From an uncultured delta proteobacterium (GTDB taxonomy: Bacteria; Myxococcota_A; Polyangia; Palsa-1104), in NCBI GenBank assembly GCA_963785725.1, contig CAWAWS010000014.1, forward strand, positions 256,001 through 320,000: a DNA stretch of 64,000 nucleotides, given 5' to 3'. Shown here piece by piece: positions 1 to 8,805 of this stretch (its first letter is position 1; each line of letters starts with the position of its first letter). The notes under the pieces were generated by a model. The model was not told the origin of the DNA and ran no database searches. It saw only the letters and a list, made by a program, of their open reading frames with translations. A program made the position numbers and the translations under genes.

Positions 1-50
1 GACGACACGAAGGACAGAGCGGCGAGGCGATTGCGGACGGGCTTGTTCAC
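1..50 (-). CDS. 5' fragment of a probably secreted protein that runs off the window edge
   Basis: On the minus strand AGGAG lies 5 nt before GTG at 50. It reads MNKPVRNRLAALSFVS (signal-peptide-like) and sits downstream of a sigma54-type promoter. Confidence 0.55.
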   Translation of the reverse strand, partial: MNKPVRNRLAALSFVS

Positions 51-113
51 GAGCGCTCCTTGCGAAACAGTGGCAATGCAATCAGTGACATCGGCGGCGA
101 TGGCGACTGCTAA

Positions 114-130
114 AGCAAGCGCTCGGCCAA
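114..130 (-). promoter_or_regulatory. sigma54 (-24/-12) promoter
   Basis: Minus strand TTGGCCGAGCGCTTGCT: GG-N10-GC with TGGC and TTGCT boxes. Confidence 0.65.
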
Positions 131-397
131 GCCGCGCCGAATGTGGGGAAACGCGCGATTCCAACGCATTAGCACCCGGATTCACGGCCGCGGCGTTCGC
201 ATCGCTGGGGGCGCGTTCCCCAGTCGCGCGGTCAGTTCGCAGTTCGATTGCGCTCTTTTATGCGCGCTCGTGCGACACGTCGTCGGCTCATCTACTCTGT
301 GGCTCCGTAAGGGTACGCAGGCGCGGCGCCGAAGGCTTTGTCCACACGCGTTGACGAGCGGGCGCGCGACCCCCGGGCCGTGCTTAGGAGAGTCGAG

Positions 398-1378
398 ATG
401 GCGCGTTCGCTGCTTCTGCTTGGCTGTTCGCTCGTCTCGTTCGGCTGCGCGTCGGGCTCGAGCCCTATGGCGACGATCGCGCAGCCGATCATCAACGGCA
501 CCGTCGATACCGGCGATCCCAACGTCATGCTCTTCATCGCCGAAGATCGCGCGAGCGGTCACGCCGGCGCCTGCACGGCCAGCGTGGTCTCGCCGCACGT
601 TCTATTGACCGCCGCGCACTGCATCGATCCGCGCGAGTTCGCCAATGACATGGGCGTCGCGCCGACCTCGCTGACCTATTTCACGTATCCGGGTAACTCA
701 TTCAATTTGATCGATTTCGATCAGAGTTTATTGATACCGGCGAAAGAGGCGCACTTCGATCCGCAGTTCAACCCCGATCCCAACGTGTTCTCGACCGTCG
801 GTCACGATGTCGGCGTCGTCATCTTGACCGACGCCGCGACGGCGGCGCCGATCCCGCTCAATCACACGGCGCTCGATTCGTCATTGAAGGGCGAGGTCTT
901 GCGCGTCGTCGGCTATGGCGTGACCGCGGGCGACGATACGACCGGCGCGACGGCGGGCACGAAGCGGCAAGTCGACATCCCCGTCTCGTCGGTGAGCGAC
1001 CTGTTCATCAACTTCGACGACGGATCGCACGGCATCTGCGAAGGCGACTCGGGCGGCCCGGCCTTGCAGATTATTTACGGCGTCGAGACCATCGTCGGCA
1101 TCACCGCGTTCGGGCGCCAGGGTTGTCCGGTGAATCAGCCGCAATCGGAGACGCGCGTCGACCTCTACACGTCGTTCGTCGACGGCTACATCGAGCAATT
1201 CGACGGCACCATCCCGATGGGCGCCGACTTGGCCGGCACCGACGCGGGGCAAGTCATGCCGCACCGCTCGGGCGGCTGCTCGTTCGCCGCCGGTGACGAG
1301 CGAGCGAGCGCGCTCGGCTGGCTGGTGCTGCTCGTCGCCCTCGGATTCGGCGTTCGTCGGCTAAAGCACGTGCGATAG
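398..1378 (+). CDS. Trypsin-like (S1) serine protease, lipoprotein-type signal, MYXO-CTERM tail
   Basis: AGGAG before ATG398. IINGT activation site, TAAHC, HDVGV and GDSGGP. C-terminal GGCS, hydrophobic helix, then RRLK. Confidence 0.9.
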   Translation: MARSLLLLGCSLVSFGCASGSSPMATIAQPIINGTVDTGDPNVMLFIAEDRASGHAGACTASVVSPHVLLTAAHCIDPREFANDMGVAPTSLTYFTYPGNSFNLIDFDQSLLIPAKEAHFDPQFNPDPNVFSTVGHDVGVVILTDAATAAPIPLNHTALDSSLKGEVLRVVGYGVTAGDDTTGATAGTKRQVDIPVSSVSDLFINFDDGSHGICEGDSGGPALQIIYGVETIVGITAFGRQGCPVNQPQSETRVDLYTSFVDGYIEQFDGTIPMGADLAGTDAGQVMPHRSGGCSFAAGDERASALGWLVLLVALGFGVRRLKHVR

Positions 1379-1424
1379 AGCTGCCGATTCGGCAGGAGCG
1401 GCGCAGCCATTGTACAGTGTGCCC

Positions 1425-1985
1425 ATGCGCGCCTTGCTCGTCGTCGTCAGCGTCGTCGCCCTCGCCCTCGGCGGCGGCTGCCGGCGCAAGGTCGACACGC
1501 AGACCTGCAACGATCACATCCGCAACCTCGACGAGACCGACGTCGACTGCGGCGGAACCGTCTGTCCCGCTTGCGGCACCGGCCGCAGCTGCCTCGTCAC
1601 GACCGACTGCATCTCGCTCTTGTGCACCGGCGGCGTCTGCGTGGCACCGAGCTGCAGCGACGGCATCAAGAACGGCAGCGAGAGCGGCATCGACTGCGGC
1701 GGCATCGACTGCCCGCCCTGCGGCGTCGGCTCCGCGTGCGCCGGCAACAACGACTGCGCGTCGGGCGTGTGCAGCGGTCGCAGCTGCGCGGCGCCGAGCT
1801 GCAGCGACGGCTTCAAGAACGGCAGCGAGACCGACGTCGACTGCGGCGGCGCCGATTGTCCGCCGTGCGCGGCCGGCCTCGGGTGCGCGACGGGCAGCGA
1901 CTGCCAGTCGATGACGTGCGACGGCGACGCCGGCTGCGCGGCGACCGCGTGCGGCTGCGGCGCCGGCTGCCCGCCTTGCGAATGA
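1425..1985 (+). CDS. Cys-rich repeat lipoprotein (ETDVDCGG repeats)
   Basis: Lipobox-like LGGGC. Three ~49-aa repeats of C.D...N..E...DCGG..CP.C..G..C....DC.S..C. Confidence 0.8.
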   Translation: MRALLVVVSVVALALGGGCRRKVDTQTCNDHIRNLDETDVDCGGTVCPACGTGRSCLVTTDCISLLCTGGVCVAPSCSDGIKNGSESGIDCGGIDCPPCGVGSACAGNNDCASGVCSGRSCAAPSCSDGFKNGSETDVDCGGADCPPCAAGLGCATGSDCQSMTCDGDAGCAATACGCGAGCPPCE

Positions 1986-1994
1986 CGTGAACGG

Positions 1995-3662
1995 CTATTC
2001 GTTGGCGGCGGCGCGTCGCTGCGCCGCGAAGCTGGCGTCCGGGCGGCGATAGAGCTGCGTGTAGTAGTCGCGCAGCATGCGATCGGACGAGAACGCGTCC
2101 TGCGTGGCCGCGATCGACGCCCGCATCAGCTGCCGCCAACGCGGCCGATTCCCGTAGAACGTCGGGATGATCTCGTCTTCGAGCAGCGCATAGAGCGCGG
2201 CGGCGTCGGCGGCGTCGCCCGCTGCGTCGTCGAGCAAGTGGTCGCCGATGGCCCAGCCGTTGTGGCCGTGGTCGCAGGCTTCGGGCCACCAGCCGTCGAG
2301 GATGGAGCAGTTGAGCACGCCGTTCATGGCCGCTTTCATGCCCGACGTGCCGCACGCTTCCAGCGGCCGCCGCGGCGTGTTGAGCCACACGTCGACGCCG
2401 CGCGTGAGCGCGCGCCCGAGCGCCAAGTCGTAGTTGGGCACGAAGACCACGCGCCCGCCGTAACGACGCGACAGTTGTACCATCTCCGCGACGAGCGCCT
2501 GTCCGCCGGCGTCGCGCGGATGCGCCTTGCCGGCGTACACGAGCTGCACCGGCCCGCGCTCGAGCAGGCCGGCCATGCGCTGCTCATCGGCAAACAGCAG
2601 CGTCGCGCGCTTGTAAGCGGTCGCCCGCCGCGCAAAGCCGATCGTCAACAGGTCGGGATCGAGCACGACGCCGCTGCGCGCGGCCACTTCGCGGCACAGC
2701 GCGCGCTTGCAGGCCGCCCGCGCCGCGTCGAGCGCGCCGTCGTCGCCGGCGGCCGCGGCCGCGCGCACGCCGGCGTCTTGCCACACGCGCGCGTCGACGC
2801 CGTTGGTGATGCTGGCGATGGGCGCCGCGTCATCGACGTGACGCCACATGTCGCGCGCCGTCTCGCCGTGCAGCTGCGCCACCGCGTTGGCGGCGCGCGA
2901 CAGCCGCAGCGCGCCGACGGTCATGTTGAACGGCGAGCCGCCCAGCTGCGTCAGCTGCGCCGTCGTCAGGCCGAGCGTCGCGCCTTGCGCTTCCAGCCGC
3001 TCGATCGCGTGCGTCTCGTTGCCGGCGTCGATCGGCGTATGCGTCGTGAACACGATCTGCTGCCGCGTCTCCGTCCATGCGTCGTCGAAGTCGAGCCCAC
3101 GCCCGCGCGCCTGCCGAATCAGCTCGAAGCCCGCGAACAGCGCGTGGCCTTCGTTGAAGTGAAAGAGATCGACCTCGATGCCGAGCGCTTGCAACGCGCG
3201 CACGCCGCCGACGCCGAGCACGATCTCCTGCGCGATCCGATCGTCGCTGCCGCCGCCATAGAGCCGCGCCGTGATCCAGCGATCGTGCGCCTCCACCGGC
3301 TCGAGCAGATAGAGCGGCGCCGTGTTCAGCCCCTCGACGCGAAAGATCGCCAGCGGCACGACGCGGCCGGCGATCGTCACCGTGACGGTCGGCGCCAGCT
3401 TCTCGAGGTGCCGGCGATCGTGCGGCGTCGGATGATCCTCGTTCGTCCCAGCGGCCGCGATGCGCTGCGTGGTGTACCCTTGTCCCCACACGATGCCTAC
3501 GCCGACCACCGGCAACGCCAGCGCATGCGCCGACCGCATGAAGTCGCCCGCCAACACGCCGAGGCCGCCCGAATAGATGGGCAGGCTCTCGTCGAGGCCG
3601 TATTCCATGCAAAAATAGGCCACACGCGGGCGTTCACCGATTTCGGGACTTTCGTAACTCAT
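1995..3662 (-). CDS. glgP: Alpha-glucan (glycogen/maltodextrin) phosphorylase, short type
   Basis: YFCMEYG, YSGGLGVLAGD, HFNEGH, ARRATAYKR and the PLP motif EACGTSGMK. True start is ATG3662 inside the longer ORF. Confidence 0.93.
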   Translation of the reverse strand: MSYESPEIGERPRVAYFCMEYGLDESLPIYSGGLGVLAGDFMRSAHALALPVVGVGIVWGQGYTTQRIAAAGTNEDHPTPHDRRHLEKLAPTVTVTIAGRVVPLAIFRVEGLNTAPLYLLEPVEAHDRWITARLYGGGSDDRIAQEIVLGVGGVRALQALGIEVDLFHFNEGHALFAGFELIRQARGRGLDFDDAWTETRQQIVFTTHTPIDAGNETHAIERLEAQGATLGLTTAQLTQLGGSPFNMTVGALRLSRAANAVAQLHGETARDMWRHVDDAAPIASITNGVDARVWQDAGVRAAAAAGDDGALDAARAACKRALCREVAARSGVVLDPDLLTIGFARRATAYKRATLLFADEQRMAGLLERGPVQLVYAGKAHPRDAGGQALVAEMVQLSRRYGGRVVFVPNYDLALGRALTRGVDVWLNTPRRPLEACGTSGMKAAMNGVLNCSILDGWWPEACDHGHNGWAIGDHLLDDAAGDAADAAALYALLEDEIIPTFYGNRPRWRQLMRASIAATQDAFSSDRMLRDYYTQLYRRPDASFAAQRRAAANE

Positions 3663-3719
3663 ATCAGAGTTACTAGCACCGGGTAGCGAAGCGGTCAAGG
3701 CGCGTGCTATCGACGGCGC

Positions 3720-5123
3720 ATGACGACGCCAGCCAACACCGACAAAGCGCTGCACCATTTCGAGCAAGAACGAGCTCATTACCTCGAAGATTTGAAGACG
3801 CTGGCGCGGATTCCCAGCGTCTCCTTCGACGGCTTTCCGCCGGCCGAAGTGCGCCGCTCGGCCGAGGCGACGGCGAAGCTCCTGCGCGAGCGCGGCTTCG
3901 ACAACGTGCAGCTGCTCGAGCTGGCCGGCGCGCATCCTTACGTCTACGGCGAGATCAAGAAGACGCCGGGCGCGCCGACGATCCTCTTGTACGCGCATCA
4001 CGACGTGCAGCCGGCGGGCGACGCCGAGCGCTGGAAGTCGCCGCCGTTCGAGCCGACCGAGCGCGACGGCCGCCTGTACGGCCGCGGCACCGCCGACGAC
4101 AAAGCGGGCGTCGTCGTGCACACGAGCGCCGTCGCCGCGTGGTTGAAGGGCGTCGGCTCGCTGCCGCTCAACGTCAAGATCGTCGTCGAAGGCGAAGAAG
4201 AGATCGGCTCCGGCCACTTGACCGAGTTCTTGCGGACGCATCGCGCGCTCTTGTCGGCCGACGCCATCGTGCTGACGGACACGGGCAACTTCGAGACCGG
4301 CTTGCCCTCGATCACGACGGCGCTGCGCGGGCTCGTCGCCGTCGACGTCGAAGTGCGCGCGCTCAAGCAGTCGCTGCACTCGGGCATGTGGGGCGGGCCG
4401 GTGCCCGATCCGACGCTGGCGCTGTGCAAGATGATCGCGTCGCTCACCAATGACGACGGCACCATCGCCATCGACGACATCTACTCGCACGTGCGGCCGC
4501 TGACCGACGCCGAGAAGCGCGACATCGCGGCGCTGCCGACGGACGTGGCCAAGTTCCGCGCGCAGGCCGGCATCCTCGACGGCGTGCAGCTGCTCGGCGG
4601 CGGCCGTCATCCGTGGGAGACGAACTGGCGCATGCCGTCCTTGTCGGTGAACGCGTTCGAAGCGTCGAACCGCAAGGATGCGCGCAACATCATCAATGAG
4701 TCGGCCTGGGCGCGCGTCGGCATTCGCATCGTGCCCGACCTCGATCCGACGTGGGTCAAAGAGCAGCTCGTCGCCAAGCTCAAGAAGTCGGCGCCGTGGG
4801 GCGTGCAGGTCGAGATCCACGACGAAGCCTGCAACGGCTGGTGGTACACCGATCCGGCGCATCCGGCGTTCCAAGCCGCGTTCCGCGCGCTCAAGAAGGG
4901 CTACGACACCGACGCCATCACCATGGGCTGCGGCGGGTCGATTCCGTTCGTCGAGCCGTTCGCGCGCGAGCTCGGCGGCGTGCCGGCGCTGCTCATCGGC
5001 GTCGAAGATCCGTACACCAACGCGCACTCGGAGAACGAGAGCTTGCACCTCGGCGACTGGAACAAGGCCGTCAAGAGCGCGATCTATCTCTACGAAGAGC
5101 TGGCCGTCGCCCTCAAGAAGTAA
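3720..5123 (+). CDS. M20 family dipeptidase
   Basis: [28 protein letters not shown] and AHSENE motifs. Confidence 0.92.
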   Translation: MTTPANTDKALHHFEQERAHYLEDLKTLARIPSVSFDGFPPAEVRRSAEATAKLLRERGFDNVQLLELAGAHPYVYGEIKKTPGAPTILLYAHHDVQPAGDAERWKSPPFEPTERDGRLYGRGTADDKAGVVVHTSAVAAWLKGVGSLPLNVKIVVEGEEEIGSGHLTEFLRTHRALLSADAIVLTDTGNFETGLPSITTALRGLVAVDVEVRALKQSLHSGMWGGPVPDPTLALCKMIASLTNDDGTIAIDDIYSHVRPLTDAEKRDIAALPTDVAKFRAQAGILDGVQLLGGGRHPWETNWRMPSLSVNAFEASNRKDARNIINESAWARVGIRIVPDLDPTWVKEQLVAKLKKSAPWGVQVEIHDEACNGWWYTDPAHPAFQAAFRALKKGYDTDAITMGCGGSIPFVEPFARELGGVPALLIGVEDPYTNAHSENESLHLGDWNKAVKSAIYLYEELAVALKK

Positions 5124-5131
5124 ACACGCGT

Positions 5132-5821
5132 TTACATCGTCGTCGGGTGATGGCGGAAGTCGACGCCGAGCACGATGCGCTCTTCGCGGCGATTTCCCGG
5201 CACGCGCTCCAAGCAGCTCAACATGAACGGCACGAGCACGGCCTGATCCGCGGCCGGCATCGACCACAGCTCCTGCGCGCCGCGAATGACGAACGGCAGC
5301 GTGCGCTCGCCGAAGTACGTCGGCGTGCGCACGGTGCCGAGCAGATCATTGCCGGCGGTGCGCGTCAGCTGGTAGTGGCGCAAGCCGACGGTGCCCACGA
5401 GCGAATCGGGCTTGAGGTAGATTTCGATCGGATAAAGCCCAACGCTGCTGCCCGAGCGCGTGCCGAAGATCTCACGTCCTTTGCGGCCGTCGCGCACGTC
5501 GAAGCGCATCGAAGCGCTCCCGCTCGACCCGCCGAAGCGCGCGTCGAGCTGTGTGTAGCCGCTGACGTCGAGCCGCCTGCCCCAATATTCGCTGTAGAAG
5601 TCGACGTCGATGCCGCAGACTTCGCCGACGACGCGGCCGGCGTCGGCGTGGAGCCTGCCGGTCGGCTCGACGACGCTGGTGTCGCCAAGCTCATGCTTGA
5701 CCGCGAAATAGCGGCCGTCGCTGTAGCCCAACGTCGCCGTCTGCGTGTGCGTCGCCGATTGCGACGCGCACGCCGGCAGCGCGCAGGCCAAGAGCACCAT
5801 CGAAGCCCATTTTGTCGTCAT
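5132..5821 (-). CDS. Hypothetical lipoprotein
   Basis: Signal with LPAC lipobox; globular-looking composition. Confidence 0.65.
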   Translation of the reverse strand: MTTKWASMVLLACALPACASQSATHTQTATLGYSDGRYFAVKHELGDTSVVEPTGRLHADAGRVVGEVCGIDVDFYSEYWGRRLDVSGYTQLDARFGGSSGSASMRFDVRDGRKGREIFGTRSGSSVGLYPIEIYLKPDSLVGTVGLRHYQLTRTAGNDLLGTVRTPTYFGERTLPFVIRGAQELWSMPAADQAVLVPFMLSCLERVPGNRREERIVLGVDFRHHPTTM

Positions 5822-5994
5822 TTCGCAGTGACGCCCGGCCCCGCGAAATATTCACGCGCCCAGATCGCCTGTGAATCTCGGGTGATCGCGATCACCCGAG
5901 CCGATTTGCGCCGGCGGAGCATTATTGCTCCGTCCGTCGCCGGCAACGTCGCGCTCGGGGGCACGATTCCGCGCGTTTATGTCGCTCGTCGCAA

Positions 5995-6010
5995 TGGCAT
6001 GTCGCGTGCT
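5995..6010 (+). promoter_or_regulatory. Candidate sigma54 promoter for the outer-membrane protein gene
   Basis: TGGCATGTCGCGTGCT, GG-N10-GC, ending 13 nt before ATG6024. Confidence 0.45.
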
Positions 6011-6023
6011 GAAGGACGGCGCC

Positions 6024-6641
6024 ATGAAGATTCTATCTTTCGTAGTCGTGATGCTCTTGAGCACGGCGGCGCTGGCCCAGGTCGGCATCGAGCGACATAT
6101 GAGCGGCTTTAGCGGCAACGACGAGATCTCGACCCAGGTCGGCTTTCAAGCGTCGCTCGGCGGCGGCACGCCCGACGGCTTCAAGCTCTTCATCGACTAT
6201 TCGCACCGCTTATCGAACCTCGTGTGGCTGAACTTCAAGATCAACCCGACCATCAGCGCCGGCGATTCGCGCTCCATCTGCTTCGACAGCAATGGCAACG
6301 CCTACGATTGCTCGAGCGGCTTTCAGGGCGACGGCTACGCGATCGACATCTTGGCGGGTGTGAAGCTCAAGTGGATGACGCGCATTCACCTCATGCCGTA
6401 CGTCAATATCGACGGCGGCGTCGTGCCCATCTTCGGCCGGCCCGAGCACGACAACGGCGCCGCGGTCATCGTGCACGCCGGCGGCGGCGTCAAATACTTC
6501 ATTACGCCGCGCGTGGCGCTCGGCGGAGAGGTGGATTTTGGCTTGGGACCGGCTTTTTACAGCCAAGGAAACTACCCGCAGTCGCACAACGAATTCTATC
6601 GCGCCTTCAACCTGGCCTTTGGCGCCGAATTCCTGCTGTAA
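6024..6641 (+). CDS. Small outer-membrane beta-barrel protein
   Basis: Signal peptide ending ALA-Q, amphipathic strands (PYVNIDGG, GGGVKYFI), C-terminal FGAEFLL, and a Cys pair in a loop. Confidence 0.75.
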   Translation: MKILSFVVVMLLSTAALAQVGIERHMSGFSGNDEISTQVGFQASLGGGTPDGFKLFIDYSHRLSNLVWLNFKINPTISAGDSRSICFDSNGNAYDCSSGFQGDGYAIDILAGVKLKWMTRIHLMPYVNIDGGVVPIFGRPEHDNGAAVIVHAGGGVKYFITPRVALGGEVDFGLGPAFYSQGNYPQSHNEFYRAFNLAFGAEFLL

Positions 6642-6691
6642 AGCACGTGCTTTACAACCTTCTAAGGTACGTGACTGACGATAGGATTCTG

Positions 6692-8377
6692 TCAGTCGTT
6701 GGAGGCGTTGGCTTCGTCGACGACGAGCGCCAAGCGCTTGGTGAGCGGCAGGAGCGCGATGCCGGCGACGATGGCGGCGACGGCGCTGATGGCAAAGAAG
6801 ATCCACTTCTGCTCGAACTGATCCCAGAAGCCGGCGAGGATTCCTGAGATCTTGCCGCCGAGCGAGGTCGTCAAGAACCAGCCGCCCATCATGAGCGACG
6901 TGATGCGCTTGGGCGCGACCTTCGAAGTCAGCGACAGACCAATCGGCGATAAGAACAGCTCGGATATGGTGAACACGCCATAGCTCGTGAATATCCAGGC
7001 CGACGACACCTTGTCCGTATAGATGTTCGTCACGAGACAAGCGCCGACCATGATGAGCGACGAGACGCCGGAGATGATGATGCCCCAGGCGATCTTCGAC
7101 GGTGTCGACGGCTCGACGCCGCGCGAGCGCAGAAAGCCCAAGAAGCCGACCATCACCGGCGTCAACATGACGATCCAGAACGGATTGATCGACTGATAGA
7201 GCTCGGTCGAGATCAGCTTCAGATCCTGACCCGGCGCCGGCCAGCGCTCCTTTGGCAGGTTCTTGAAGTACGGATCGATCCCTTGGTGCGTAATGACTTT
7301 GCCGTCTTTGTCGCTCTGCGTACGGAAGTGCTCGTCGAGCACCGGCACGTCTTTGGGATTCGTATTGACCGTCTGCGCCAAGTCGAACGTCTTGAGAACG
7401 CGCTCGGCGCTGGCCGGCATTTCGCGGTGCGTATAGTTATCGGCCCAAATCGTCAGTGCGGTCGCGTTCTGGTTGTAGATGTTCCAAAAGAGAATGGCGA
7501 CGGCGAACATGATGAGGAGGGTGCCGATGCGCTGCCGCTCGAAGCCCTTGGCCGCGCGCCAAATGTAGAAGTAGAAGCCGACGACGGGCACGCTGGCGAA
7601 CACGAACGCGTCATTGCTGTTGCTGCCGATGAGCGAGTGGCCAAAGAGCTTCTCGGGCACGAACCAGCCAATGGCACCGGCGATGAGCGCCGGCAAGAAG
7701 ACATAGAGCGCGATCTGCGAGAACGGCGTATCGCCGGGCTGCACCGGCTTGATGACGTCGGCATCGCGGACATAGCGCATGCCGCCCAAGAACCACACTA
7801 AGCAGATGACCATGCCGAAGCCGGCGGCGGCGAAGGCGTAACCCCAGCCGTAATGATTGCGCAGATAGGCGGCGACGAAGTTACAGACAAAGGCACCGAT
7901 GTTGATGCCCATGTAGAACAAGTTATAGGCCGAGTCCTTCTTCGGCTTGAGCTCGTCGGTGTTGTACAAATTGCCGAGCAGCGTCGAGATATTCGGCTTG
8001 AAGAACCCGTTGCCGATGATGACGAGCGCCAGCGCCGTGATGACGAGCGCCAGGTTTCCCGGCACCGCCAGCAGGAAATAGCCCGACGCCATCAACGTCC
8101 CGCCCAACAAAATTGCCCGCCGGTATCCCAAATAGCGATCGGCGATCAATCCGCCCAAGAACGGCGTCAGATAGACCAAAGCGACATAGCTACCGACGAT
8201 ATCGGTCGCCAGCTGCGTCGTCAGTCCTTTGCCGCCGTGACTCACGGTATCCCGTAAGAACAGCAACAAGATCCCGACGATTAGATAGTAACCAAAGCGC
8301 TCCCACATCTCGGTGAAGAACAAGACATAGAGACCGCGAGGATGTTTCCCGCCCGAAGCAGCCGTTTGAGTGTTCAT
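6692..8377 (-). CDS. POT/PTR proton-dependent di/tripeptide transporter (MFS)
   Basis: HPRGL..FFTEMWERFGYY (ExxER), GNGFFKPNIS, FYMGINIG, QSINP and ELFLSPIGLS motifs. Confidence 0.93.
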   Translation of the reverse strand: MNTQTAASGGKHPRGLYVLFFTEMWERFGYYLIVGILLLFLRDTVSHGGKGLTTQLATDIVGSYVALVYLTPFLGGLIADRYLGYRRAILLGGTLMASGYFLLAVPGNLALVITALALVIIGNGFFKPNISTLLGNLYNTDELKPKKDSAYNLFYMGINIGAFVCNFVAAYLRNHYGWGYAFAAAGFGMVICLVWFLGGMRYVRDADVIKPVQPGDTPFSQIALYVFLPALIAGAIGWFVPEKLFGHSLIGSNSNDAFVFASVPVVGFYFYIWRAAKGFERQRIGTLLIMFAVAILFWNIYNQNATALTIWADNYTHREMPASAERVLKTFDLAQTVNTNPKDVPVLDEHFRTQSDKDGKVITHQGIDPYFKNLPKERWPAPGQDLKLISTELYQSINPFWIVMLTPVMVGFLGFLRSRGVEPSTPSKIAWGIIISGVSSLIMVGACLVTNIYTDKVSSAWIFTSYGVFTISELFLSPIGLSLTSKVAPKRITSLMMGGWFLTTSLGGKISGILAGFWDQFEQKWIFFAISAVAAIVAGIALLPLTKRLALVVDEANASND

Positions 8378-8584
8378 GCGTGAATTGCCGAGAACATATC
8401 CCAACCGCCGCCTACCAGTCTGCCGAAACCTCACCCTCAAACTTACCCACTAACACACCGCATCAAAGTTCGCCGCGCGCAACGCTCAGGGCCTCTTAGG
8501 CCCAACCGAAACCAGGGGCGTGCGACCCGCTTGACGTCTGCCACCCAAGACCTCCGCCAAGCCACGAGGGAATCGGCACCATCG

Positions 8585-8743
8585 CTGGGGTGGCGTCGCG
8601 ACCTTCTTGTCCGCGCGCAGGCGGAGCGCGGCCCGAAAAAGCACCCACTTCGTCGTTGCATATCTTCGAAGCGAAGCGCCGAACGCCTAGAACCGCGCGC
8701 GCAGACGAGCACGGACAAGAAGGTCGCGACGACAGGACCCCAG
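8585..8743. repeat. Long intergenic inverted repeat (MITE/REPIN-like or structured RNA)
   Basis: Perfect 20-bp arms: CGTCGCGACCTTCTTGTCCG (8594-8613) and CGGACAAGAAGGTCGCGACG (8712-8731). Outer pairing CTGGGGT/ACCCCAG. Confidence 0.8.
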
Positions 8744-8805
8744 ACTTCCGCGCCAGGGCCCCACGTGACTTGGCCTCCGCGCGAGCAGCGCAACCGCGAG
8801 CAGCG

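Noticed and set aside
3663..5267. 1090-aa ORF suggesting a large N-terminal extension on glycogen phosphorylase
   Set aside because: The extension is the antisense of the M20 dipeptidase; phosphorylase motifs start after ATG3662.
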